Positions 24,759-32,000 of a DNA stretch of 32,000 nucleotides are shown here, one piece after another. The stretch comes from an uncultured Wenzhouxiangellaceae bacterium (GTDB lineage: Bacteria; Pseudomonadota; Gammaproteobacteria; Xanthomonadales; SZUA-36), in NCBI GenBank assembly GCA_964470455.1, contig CAYYCX010000004.1:65572-97571 (forward strand), in the 5' to 3' direction. The notes below the pieces were generated by a model. The model was not told the origin of the DNA and did no database searches. It was given only the letters and a program-made list of their open reading frames with translations. A program made the translations under genes and the position numbers. Each line of letters opens with the position of its first letter. Positions within the stretch are counted from its first letter, which is position 1.

Positions 24759-26492
24759 TCACTCCAGCTGTTCCAGCCGCGCACGCGCCTCGGCTTCCTC
24801 GGAATAGCCCTGGCCGGCAGCTTCGGCAATCACCCCGCGCCAGGCCCGGCGGGCGTTATCGATGTCTCCCGCCCGCTCCAGCGCTTCGGCACGTTGCCAC
24901 ATGGCGCCAAAATGATGCGGGTTTTCCTGTAATACCTGGTCCAGCAGGTGCAACGCCGCCGAATAATCCTTCGCCTGGTAGATCAGGCCAAGCGCCTGGC
25001 TCATCCGGCTTTCACCCGGCGGTTTCAGCCCTTCGGCCGCAAGGTGTACCGAGCCTGCCGGACAATTCTCCGGCAGCTTGCGGTCCACCACCTCGAATTC
25101 GTGCATGGTGGGGCCGGTGAGCAGGAACCCCATGGGAGCCATGTCCACCGCGCAATACGTCACACCGGGCTCCATCCGCGGCCAATATTGATCCGCACCC
25201 CAACTGCGCGCCAGCCCGGCATAGTTCAATGTTTCAATCCGGTAATAATCGCGGTTGAGAAAACCCGAACAGACGAACAGGCCCATCACCAGCATCAGCA
25301 TCAACACGGCAACCACGGTGGAGCGGCCACGAACCAGCGGATACAGGCTGGCAATGAGGCCGGCCCAGACCAGCGGCAGGAACAGGTAGTAGCGCAACTC
25401 GTGGGACTGAGGAAACATCGAAACCAGCAGCAACAGCGATGCGCCGGCCATGCAGATAACCAGCCCCTTGCGAGGTTTCAGCCACAGCGCCAACGCAGCG
25501 GCCAGCAACAGGTGGCACACCACCGCCACATTCCAGAACCCGCCCGAGCGGAAGGCTACCCAGGCGTTGCCCTGGTCGATGATCCAGCGGGCCCGATGGG
25601 CATACTCGTGCGGGTGCCCGATCTCAAACAGCGAGTGCAGGAACTTGACGGACTGGCTGCGCCCCGCCAGCGGTGGCGGGCTGTTCTCCCACGGTTGGGG
25701 TTGCAGGAACTCCGTGCTGTAAGGCAGGTAGTCCTGCAACAGTGGAACCGGTACCGGCCAGAACGGGTTGCCGTAGACCACCCAGTTCTTGATGTAGGGA
25801 ACCGTGGCCAACAGGCCGGCCAGCGATATCCACGCCAGGGCTCGCAGCTGGCGGGCATCCTTTCCCCACGGGGCCGGCCGGTAAACCGCCAGATAGAGCA
25901 GCAGCGTGATCGCCACGGCGGGGGTGAGCTGGAATTTGCTCCAGGCCGCCGCAACCAGGCCCGCCAGGCCGGTGAGCAGGATCGCCAGGTCTGATGTCTT
26001 GTCAAAGTAATAAGCATGAAAAAGGCATAACATGCCCAGCGCCAGCCACGAATTGCTGAAGAGATCCACATAACTCGATGCCATGTGAATCAGCACCAGC
26101 GGAGCAGTCAGCGCAATGGCGGCAAACAGGTAAAACGGAATCCTGAGCTTCCGCTGGCCGATCGCAAGAAGTGTTGCGAAGGCCAGGAAGTTGGCCACCC
26201 CGGTGGCGTTGGCCGAGCCGGTCACCCGCCACAGGACACCCTGGACGAAATGCGCCAGCGGCGGAAAGCCCTGGAAGGCCAGGGTGATCCGTTCCGACAT
26301 GGTGTAGGCAATATCCAGCCCACCGTACACGGCGGCAAAGGGCAGGTGGTAAAGCGGCGTATCCCAGCGGCCTTCCAGCCGCAAAGCGGCACGCGTCGCC
26401 AGGACCGCCAGGCACGCCAGCACCAGCGCCATGAACAGGTACTGCAGGTAACGCACCACTCCGTGGGTGGATTGGCTTTGCTCCCGATTCAA
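24759..26492 (-). CDS. Polytopic membrane protein with a C-terminal TPR region; possible GT-C (ArnT/PMT-like) glycosyltransferase
   Basis: 577 aa. More than 10 hydrophobic segments span the first ~440 aa. A soluble tail with TPR-like repeats follows (YQAKDYSAALHLLDQVLQENPHHFGAMWQRAEALERAGDIDNARRAW). The coding call is firm. The enzymatic assignment is inferred from architecture only. Confidence 0.6.
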   Translation of the reverse strand: MNREQSQSTHGVVRYLQYLFMALVLACLAVLATRAALRLEGRWDTPLYHLPFAAVYGGLDIAYTMSERITLAFQGFPPLAHFVQGVLWRVTGSANATGVANFLAFATLLAIGQRKLRIPFYLFAAIALTAPLVLIHMASSYVDLFSNSWLALGMLCLFHAYYFDKTSDLAILLTGLAGLVAAAWSKFQLTPAVAITLLLYLAVYRPAPWGKDARQLRALAWISLAGLLATVPYIKNWVVYGNPFWPVPVPLLQDYLPYSTEFLQPQPWENSPPPLAGRSQSVKFLHSLFEIGHPHEYAHRARWIIDQGNAWVAFRSGGFWNVAVVCHLLLAAALALWLKPRKGLVICMAGASLLLLVSMFPQSHELRYYLFLPLVWAGLIASLYPLVRGRSTVVAVLMLMLVMGLFVCSGFLNRDYYRIETLNYAGLARSWGADQYWPRMEPGVTYCAVDMAPMGFLLTGPTMHEFEVVDRKLPENCPAGSVHLAAEGLKPPGESRMSQALGLIYQAKDYSAALHLLDQVLQENPHHFGAMWQRAEALERAGDIDNARRAWRGVIAEAAGQGYSEEAEARARLEQLE

Positions 26493-26554
26493 TCGGACAC
26501 CCGCATCAGGACGTCGCCGGCAGGTGCAGCATGGGGATCAGCGGCCGTCACCGG

Positions 26555-27694
26555 TCATGTTGCGCCGGTATCCGCGTGGCCCACTTTGGCCACCGAGAAC
26601 TGCCGGTTCTGGCGAATCCTTTCCAGGTCTGCCGGTGGAATGGCCAAACCTTGTTCAACCTTCGTCAATACAGTGTCGCAGGCAGCCAGGGATTCAGCAT
26701 AGGCGCCCGCCCAGTAAGCGGAAACCCCCAGCTCATCCAGCATCTGCCAGTCATAGACTGAACGCGACACGAACAAGGTGTCGTACGGATATGCGATCCG
26801 GCTGCCACTCTGCGCAAACACGAAAGCCCGGGTGAATTGCTTGCGCAGCCGGTAGTAACGCGCCAGTTCATACAGCGGCTCGGCGCGCGCGGGCCTATAG
26901 GCATAGGCGGCCAGCAGCAAGTCCATCACCTGCTCATCCGGCAGGTTCAGGCTGATGGCCATTTTTCCGAGCCACAGGCGGGCCATGAAGTTTTCTTCCA
27001 CCCAGCCGGCCATCGTGCAGCGCTTTTCATAGGCTTCGAAAGCCTTTCGAAAGTGCCCGGCATCCTTGTAGGAATTGGCCAGGTAGAACTGGCTGCGGGC
27101 ATCATCGGGGTGCTGTTGCAGATGCTGCTCCAGCAGGGCCGCATCACCGAGGAATTTCTGTTCCGCGCTGATGCCCTGCGAGCGGGCGCCTTCGCCGGAA
27201 TGGTAGTGGATATGAACACCCGCCAGTTTGGTGAAGTCCCGCGGCCCGGAAAGTTGCTCCAGGAACTCGTGTACCGGCGCCTGCCAGCGCCAGGTGGCTT
27301 CGCGCACGTTGACCAGAGCGGGAAGAAAATAACTCAGGGTGCTGTGTTTCTTCTCCAGGCGGTAATTCATGCCGGGCTGCAGGTTCTTCAACACCGCTGG
27401 ATCTTCCACCACCAGCTGTTCATCGGCGTCGATGAACAGCAGCCAGTCAGCTTTTCCCGCAGCAACCGCCAGCTCCAGCGCCTGCTGGCGGTTATGCCCG
27501 AAATTCACCCAGGGGCGCTCGTGCAGTTCGCCGGGGATGCCGGCCGTTCGAAACCAGTTACGAATGAACTCCTGCGTGCCATCGCTGGAACCGGTGTCCA
27601 CAATCACCCAGTAGGCAATGTGGCCTTTCACCGAACGGAACAGGCGATCCAGCACGCGGGTTTCGTTCTTTACAATCATGTTTAGGCAGATCAT
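26555..27694 (-). CDS. Family 2 glycosyltransferase with a C-terminal TPR-like domain
   Basis: 379 aa. The N-terminal GT-A pattern is MIVKNETRVLDRLFRSV...WVIVDTGSSDGT...LLFIDADE (DxD). The C-terminal half has TPR-like helices (QFYLANSYKDAGHFRKAFEAYEKR...). Confidence 0.8.
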   Translation of the reverse strand: MICLNMIVKNETRVLDRLFRSVKGHIAYWVIVDTGSSDGTQEFIRNWFRTAGIPGELHERPWVNFGHNRQQALELAVAAGKADWLLFIDADEQLVVEDPAVLKNLQPGMNYRLEKKHSTLSYFLPALVNVREATWRWQAPVHEFLEQLSGPRDFTKLAGVHIHYHSGEGARSQGISAEQKFLGDAALLEQHLQQHPDDARSQFYLANSYKDAGHFRKAFEAYEKRCTMAGWVEENFMARLWLGKMAISLNLPDEQVMDLLLAAYAYRPARAEPLYELARYYRLRKQFTRAFVFAQSGSRIAYPYDTLFVSRSVYDWQMLDELGVSAYWAGAYAESLAACDTVLTKVEQGLAIPPADLERIRQNRQFSVAKVGHADTGAT

Positions 27695-27750
27695 GCCTTA
27701 TTCTTTCCCGCGCCCGGCCGGAGAAGCAAGCAAGGGGTGCCATTCGTTGC

Positions 27751-27766
27751 TGGCGAACAGTGAGTT
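27751..27766. repeat. 16-bp direct repeat, copy 1 (TGGCGAACAGTGAGTT)
   Basis: Identical 16-mers at 27751-27766 and 29249-29264 bracket the AAA+ ATPase gene and its upstream region. A CATTCGT 7-mer lies 3 nt before copy 1 and 2 nt after copy 2. Confidence 0.6.
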
Positions 27767-27898
27767 AGGGTCCGGGCATATTCTGCTGGTCCAGCTCATA
27801 CCGGCCCTGGGCGTCCAACCAATTTTCTGGCCGGAAAATTTTTCCTCGCGACCAGATTTAACTATGTATTTTTAATATTTTGTGGTAAATATGCATAG

Positions 27899-29077
27899 AT
27901 GATAAAACGACGCCTGGAAGCTCTGGTTCGAGACCGCCTGCAAAACAGCCCTTCGGTTGCACTGTTGGGGCCACGTCAGGTCGGCAAGACCACGCTGGCG
28001 TTTGCACTCAGTGAAGGGCTTCCCTCTGTTTACCTCGACCTGGAAAACCGGACTGACCTGCGCAAAGTCCAGGACATTGAAGCCTTCCATCATGCCAACC
28101 GTAACAAGCTCATCATCCTTGATGAGGTACAGCGCCTGCCCGATGTATTCGCTCCGGTTCGTAGCCTGATAGATGCGGAACGCCGCAAGGGCAATCGCAA
28201 CCAGCTCTTCCTGTTTCTGGGCTCTGCGTCTATCGATCTGCTGCGGCAGTCCAGCGAAAGCCTGGCGGGCAGGATCTCCTATGTCGAGTTGTTTCCGATC
28301 GATGCACTGGAATTCCAGCGCGACTCGAGTGATCTGGACGCACTCAACCAGCTGTGGCTGCGTGGAGGATTTCCGGACAGCCTGCTGGCGAGAAATGATG
28401 CGAACAGCCTGCACTGGCGCATGGATTTCATCAAGACTTATCTGGAGCGTGACATCCCGGCCTTGGGCCCACGCGTTCCCGCGGAAACACTTGAGCGCCT
28501 CTGGATCATGCTTGCGCACGCTCAGGGCACCAATCTGAATGCCTCCAGGCTGGCTTCCGCTTTGAATGTTTCCAATGTCACAATCGGTCGCTATATCGAT
28601 TTGCTGGTAGACCTCTTGCTGGTTAGAAAGCTGCCACCTTATATCAGCAACATCAGGAAGCGGCTGTTGAAATCACCACGTACCTATGTCCGCGATAGCG
28701 GTATCACTCATGCTTTGTTGAATATTCCCAGCTTCAACGATCTGTTGGGAAATCCCGTGGCGGGCAAGAGCTGGGAAGGCTTTGTAATTGAAAACATCCT
28801 GTCGGTGTTACCGCTGGGTGCTCAGGCCTTTTACTACCGAACCGCAGGCGGAGCCGAAATTGACCTGGTACTGGAGTTGCCGGGTACTCCTGAAAGGCTC
28901 TACGCCATCGAAATCAAACGCAGCCCTGCTGCGGGCGTACAGCGGGGCTTCCATGAGGCTTGCGCCGATATACATCCCACGCATAAATTCCTAATTCACG
29001 CGCAGAAAGATGCCTTTCCAATGAAAGACAACATCCAGGCAACCAGCTTGCGAGCGTTCATGGAATTGCTGGTTTGA
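27899..29077 (+). CDS. AAA+ ATPase with DUF4143-type C-terminal domain
   Basis: 392 aa. Walker A is LLGPRQVGKTT and the Walker B-like motif is LIILDEVQ. The overall layout (AAA_14-like N-terminal part plus a C-terminal part ending GAEIDLVLE...YAIEIKRS) is typical of this widespread family. Confidence 0.8.
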   Translation: MIKRRLEALVRDRLQNSPSVALLGPRQVGKTTLAFALSEGLPSVYLDLENRTDLRKVQDIEAFHHANRNKLIILDEVQRLPDVFAPVRSLIDAERRKGNRNQLFLFLGSASIDLLRQSSESLAGRISYVELFPIDALEFQRDSSDLDALNQLWLRGGFPDSLLARNDANSLHWRMDFIKTYLERDIPALGPRVPAETLERLWIMLAHAQGTNLNASRLASALNVSNVTIGRYIDLLVDLLLVRKLPPYISNIRKRLLKSPRTYVRDSGITHALLNIPSFNDLLGNPVAGKSWEGFVIENILSVLPLGAQAFYYRTAGGAEIDLVLELPGTPERLYAIEIKRSPAAGVQRGFHEACADIHPTHKFLIHAQKDAFPMKDNIQATSLRAFMELLV

Positions 29078-29248
29078 ATGGATCCTCAGGCGCCAGTGTG
29101 TTTGGCAGTGCCGGCACCCATCGCTTCCCCCAGCAACCTCAGGTCGGCGCTGCCGGATGACTTTCGAATTGGCAACTCAGCCCGTCCCTGGCCTTCGCCC
29201 GCGCTGCGCTCGGGTCGCTTTACGCTTCCAATCGGCTGTCCTGCCGAT

Positions 29249-29264
29249 TGGCGAACAGTGAGTT
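29249..29264. repeat. 16-bp direct repeat, copy 2 (TGGCGAACAGTGAGTT)
   Basis: See copy 1 at 27751-27766. Confidence 0.6.
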
Positions 29265-29288
29265 CTCATTCGTCAAACCCCCCATAAT

Positions 29289-29317
29289 CAAAAAACCTCC
29301 GCGAGGGAGGTTTTTTT
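29289..29317. terminator. Bidirectional rho-independent terminator
   Basis: The sequence reads A6-CCTCC-GCGAG-GGAGG-T7, a stem flanked by an A-run and a T-run. It therefore terminates transcripts from both strands. It lies 5 nt beyond the 3' end of the minus-strand tRNA. Confidence 0.75.
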
Positions 29318-29322
29318 GATTA

Positions 29323-29399
29323 TGGCGCGCCCGGCGAGATTCGAACTCACGACCCCTGCCTTCGGAGGGCAGTACTCTATCCAGCTGAGCTACGGGCGC
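29323..29399 (-). tRNA. tRNA-Arg (anticodon CCG), CCA encoded
   Basis: The reverse complement reads GCGCCCGTAGCTCAGCTGGATAGAGTACTGCCCTCCGAAGGCAGGGGTCGTGAGTTCGAATCTCGCCGGGCGCGCCA. A 7-bp acceptor stem, D loop AGCTCAGCTGGATAGAGT, anticodon stem CTGCC/GGCAG with loop CTCCGAA, and T arm GTTCGAATC are all present. Confidence 0.92.
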
Positions 29400-29571
29400 A
29401 TTTGACTTGTCGATGAGGCCGCGTAGTTTAGCGATTTTCAAGGCAAAAGTAACCCTGCAACGGCTTCCGATGCCAACGGCCAGCGGCTATACTAGCCGCC
29501 GGTTTTCCAGCGACAGGCTGTCCAGGCACGCATTACAAGGCAATTGGCACAGGTTTTTTCAGAGGTTTTAC

Positions 29572-30066
29572 ATGAATCAGCAAGAAGATAGCGCGTTTCT
29601 CCGCAAATTTAGCGGCATCATCGTCGGGTTGATGATCGTCACCGGCGTCATCATAGTCCTGGCACTCAGCCTGCGTGGCGAACCCAATCCCAACGCCAAT
29701 CCCAGCCAGCAACGGCTTGCGGAGGAACGCATTGCCCCGGTTACCGGAGTACGCGAAGGTGCGGACGGACAAGCGGCCCTGGCTGCTGCGCAGGCAGAGG
29801 CCCAGGCTGCCGCTGCCCCGGCAGAGAGCGGCCCGGTCGATGGTTCCCAGGTTTACTCCAGCGTTTGCGCGGCTTGCCACGCAGCCGGAGTAGCAGGCGC
29901 TCCCCAGCCCGGCTCTGATTTGCTCGCACAGCGCCTGGCAGACAAGGGCCTGGATGGCCTGAAGAGCAGCGTCATCAACGGCCTGAACGTGATGCCGCCG
30001 CGGGGCGGACGGCCTGACCTGACGGATGAACAAATCCAGGCCGCCATCGACTTCATGCTGCAGTAA
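29572..30066 (+). CDS. Membrane-anchored cytochrome c5-family (class I c-type) cytochrome
   Basis: I prefer the ATG at 29572 (AGAGG upstream). An N-terminal TM anchor (IIVGLMIVTGVIIVLAL) and an Ala/Gln-rich linker are followed by the heme motif CAACH and a distal Met region NVMPPRGG. Confidence 0.85.
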   Translation: MNQQEDSAFLRKFSGIIVGLMIVTGVIIVLALSLRGEPNPNANPSQQRLAEERIAPVTGVREGADGQAALAAAQAEAQAAAAPAESGPVDGSQVYSSVCAACHAAGVAGAPQPGSDLLAQRLADKGLDGLKSSVINGLNVMPPRGGRPDLTDEQIQAAIDFMLQ

Positions 30067-30071
30067 TCATG

Positions 30072-30113
30072 CCCGGCGATGCCGTGTGAGTAAGCCCGCG
30101 GCATTGCGCCGGG
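30072..30113. terminator. Interrupted GC-rich hairpin between convergent genes (weak terminator candidate)
   Basis: CCCGGCG+ATGCCG (30072-30084) pairs with CGGCAT+(TG bulge)+CGCCGGG (30099-30113). No adjacent U-run is present. Confidence 0.3.
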
Positions 30114-30135
30114 GCCGTTGGAAATTCGCCAGGCC

Positions 30136-30741
30136 CTAGGCCACCCCGCTGTTCTTGCGGTCAGCTATCCAGTTACTGACCGCGGCTTGAACCTGCGGGA
30201 ACACCCGCTCGAAACCACTGGCAAACTCCGCTTCGAAGTCATCCCAGATTTCGTCCACCCTGTGCAGCGGATTGGAACGGGACAGGCGCCTGCCCAAGCC
30301 GGCCAGGCTGTAAAGAATCTCGTCTTTTTCCCGGTAGGCGGCAAACAGGCCGCGCCGGTCGGCGTACCGCATGAAACCTTTCAGCTCTTCCGGCAGGAAC
30401 GCCTCATACCGGGCCAGCAGATGCCGCACTTCGGCATCGAACTCGGGCAGCGAAATGTCGGAAAACTCATCCCAGCGCAGAGCCAGCTGGTGGTCAAACG
30501 CCACATCGATGATGATGCCGGCATATCGGCGGAATGGCGGGCCAAACCGTTGCCGTAGCGCTGCCAGTTCCGGCAGGCCATCCATGAACTGGTCGATGAA
30601 GCGGTGCAGGTGAATGCCTTTTTGCACATTCCGCGGCAGCCCACTGTCTTCCAGGTTGCCACGGACGAAGTCCCCGAGCATGGCGCCGAGCCGCAAACCA
30701 TCATCACCGTCGGCGAGCCAGAGATGAGCCAGGAAATTCAT
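30136..30741 (-). CDS. acpH: Acyl carrier protein phosphodiesterase
   Basis: From the ATG at 30741, MNFLAHLWLA...LGDFVRGN...GIHLHRFIDQFMDGLPE parallels E. coli AcpH (MNFLAHLHLA...ADFVRGN...GIHMHRRID). The tracked GTG at 30750 would add only 3 aa. Confidence 0.85.
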   Translation of the reverse strand: MNFLAHLWLADGDDGLRLGAMLGDFVRGNLEDSGLPRNVQKGIHLHRFIDQFMDGLPELAALRQRFGPPFRRYAGIIIDVAFDHQLALRWDEFSDISLPEFDAEVRHLLARYEAFLPEELKGFMRYADRRGLFAAYREKDEILYSLAGLGRRLSRSNPLHRVDEIWDDFEAEFASGFERVFPQVQAAVSNWIADRKNSGVA

Positions 30742-30870
30742 GGCGTGCACGATAGCAGATTCGGCCGGCCGGGGCTGGGCAGAATTTGCGCTCGGTCACG
30801 GCAGCCGGGCGGTGGTGCGCGCGCCGGCCGCTGCGGTATCATGCGGCATTCCGAAGCTTACAGGTCGGTA

Positions 30871-31584
30871 ATGACAACAAGCCATTCAAATTCTGAATCC
30901 GGCCCTGCGCCCGCAAGCTTTCCGGCGGAGCGCACCGAGTTCCTGCTGCCAGGGCCCGCGGGCATGCTTGAGTGCGCGGTGGATGTGCCCGATGCCGGCG
31001 AGGAACGCCCCGCCACCATCGTGTTGTGCCATCCGCATCCGCAACATGGCGGTACCATGCACAACAAGGTTGTGACGATACTCGAACGCGCCATGCGTGA
31101 GCTGGGGCTGCATACGGTGCGCTTCAATTTTCGCGGCGTGGGCTCCAGCGAGGGCAGTTTTGACGACGGCTACGGCGAAACCGATGACCTGTTTGCGGTG
31201 GTGGAATGGGTAAGACGCACGCGGCCCAACGATGAGCTGTGGCTGGGTGGGTTTTCGTTCGGAGCGTATGTTTCCACCCGGGCTGCGCTGAACCTGCAGC
31301 TGGGCCAGCTGATTTCCGTCGCGCCACCGGTCGACCGCTACGAATTCCCCAGCCTGCCGCGACCCGATTGCCCCTGGCTGATCGTCCAGGGAGATGAAGA
31401 CGATGTGGTTTCAGTGGATGCGGTGCAGCTGTTCGCAGACCGGATTGAGCCACCACCTGACCTGGTGGTGATGCACCAGGCCGGGCACTTTTTCCACCGC
31501 CGGCTGATGGATTTGCGCGGGCTGCTCAAAAACGGTGTACGCAACCAGTTGCCTGACCCCATCCGGGTAAAAGCCGCGGACTGA
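30871..31584 (+). CDS. Alpha/beta-fold hydrolase (COG2945-like)
   Basis: I prefer the ATG at 30871. LCHPHPQHGGTMHNKVV, the nucleophile-elbow-like GGFSFGAY and IVQGDEDDVV...GHFFH form a typical small alpha/beta hydrolase pattern. The upstream part of the tracked ORF overlaps acpH on the other strand. Confidence 0.75.
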   Translation: MTTSHSNSESGPAPASFPAERTEFLLPGPAGMLECAVDVPDAGEERPATIVLCHPHPQHGGTMHNKVVTILERAMRELGLHTVRFNFRGVGSSEGSFDDGYGETDDLFAVVEWVRRTRPNDELWLGGFSFGAYVSTRAALNLQLGQLISVAPPVDRYEFPSLPRPDCPWLIVQGDEDDVVSVDAVQLFADRIEPPPDLVVMHQAGHFFHRRLMDLRGLLKNGVRNQLPDPIRVKAAD

Positions 31585-31597
31585 TCCCGGCGTTTCC

Positions 31598-32000
31598 ATG
31601 TCCCAGTCTCCCCTGGCCCGTTATGAGCGTCTGCTGGATGCCGGGGAAATTCTTCCCGATACCGACCAGCATCAGGTTGTCGTTGCATTTGAACATCTGT
31701 GGCGGGATCTTCAAAACCCGTCGAACAGGTCTTTCCTGCAGAACCTGAACCGGAATGTGTTGGGCCAATGGCTGGGGCGGCAACCCCGGGGTATCAAGGG
31801 ACTCTACGTCTGGGGCGGTGTCGGCCGCGGCAAAACCTGGCTGATGGACCTGTTTTATGACAGCCTGCCATTCGAGCAGAAGCAGCGGATCCATTTTCAC
31901 CGGTTCATGCAGCGCATTCACCATGCGCTGAAGCAACGGCCCGATGAGCGCGACCCGCTGGTCACCATTGCCCGCCAGTGGTCACAGGACTGCCGGGTAT
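31598..32000 (+). CDS. zapE: Cell division protein ZapE (AFG1-like ATPase), 5' portion (3' end lies outside the window)
   Basis: Hand translation from the ATG at 31598 gives MSQSPLARYERLLDAGEILPDTDQHQVV...GLYVWGGVGRGKTWLMDLFYDSLP...RIHFHRFMQRIH. The Walker A and flanking residues are characteristic of ZapE/YhcM. The frame is open to the window end. Confidence 0.8.
   Translation, partial: MSQSPLARYERLLDAGEILPDTDQHQVVVAFEHLWRDLQNPSNRSFLQNLNRNVLGQWLGRQPRGIKGLYVWGGVGRGKTWLMDLFYDSLPFEQKQRIHFHRFMQRIHHALKQRPDERDPLVTIARQWSQDCRV

Noticed and set aside
29078-29287. A 69-aa ORF between the AAA+ ATPase gene and the tRNA.
   Set aside because: It has no RBS and a Pro/Ser/Ala-rich composition. It overlaps the 16-bp repeat and runs into the terminator region. 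It is more likely non-coding spacer.
29323-29399. A classical integrase-mediated tRNA-targeting island with att direct repeats.
   Set aside because: No integrase or recombinase gene lies next to the tRNA or anywhere in the window. By eye I found no second copy of the tRNA 3' segment near 8270-8300 or elsewhere. I kept only the weaker statement that this is a hotspot adjacent to a tRNA.

Overview
This is a high-GC chromosomal window of proteobacterial type, and it falls into three parts.

(1) 1-8268 is an aromatic meta-cleavage cluster of the homoprotocatechuate (hpa/hpc) type. It holds a partial SMP-30/gluconolactonase gene and an aldehyde dehydrogenase. A minus-strand operon encodes a DHDPS-family lyase, an FAH-family enzyme and an HpaR-like MarR regulator. 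It diverges from a plus-strand operon encoding CHM isomerase, CHMS dehydrogenase, a LigA-like small subunit, a LigB-type extradiol dioxygenase and an MTHFR-like protein.

(2) About 8291-29322 is a roughly 21 kb mosaic accessory/defence island lying against the 3' end of a tRNA-Arg(CCG) gene. In order it contains:
- a class II Fic protein with repeated operator-like palindromes;
- an Xre(DUF2384)/RES toxin-antitoxin pair;
- two small hypothetical genes;
- an IS3-family element that splits a small gene;
- a SIR2-APAZ + short prokaryotic Argonaute operon (SPARSA type), the most interesting system in the window;
- a small polytopic membrane protein;
- a complete type I R-M operon (hsdR-hsdM-hsdS, EcoEI/IB-like);
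- a secreted collagen-like protein with a BclA/C1q-like globular domain, preceded by two TPR-bearing putative glycosyltransferases;
- a DUF4143-type AAA+ ATPase.

(3) 29323-32000 is housekeeping: tRNA-Arg with a bidirectional terminator, cytochrome c5, acpH, an alpha/beta hydrolase and the 5' part of zapE.

No CRISPR array, rRNA gene or integrase was seen. All functional calls come from reading motifs in the supplied translations. No database search was run.
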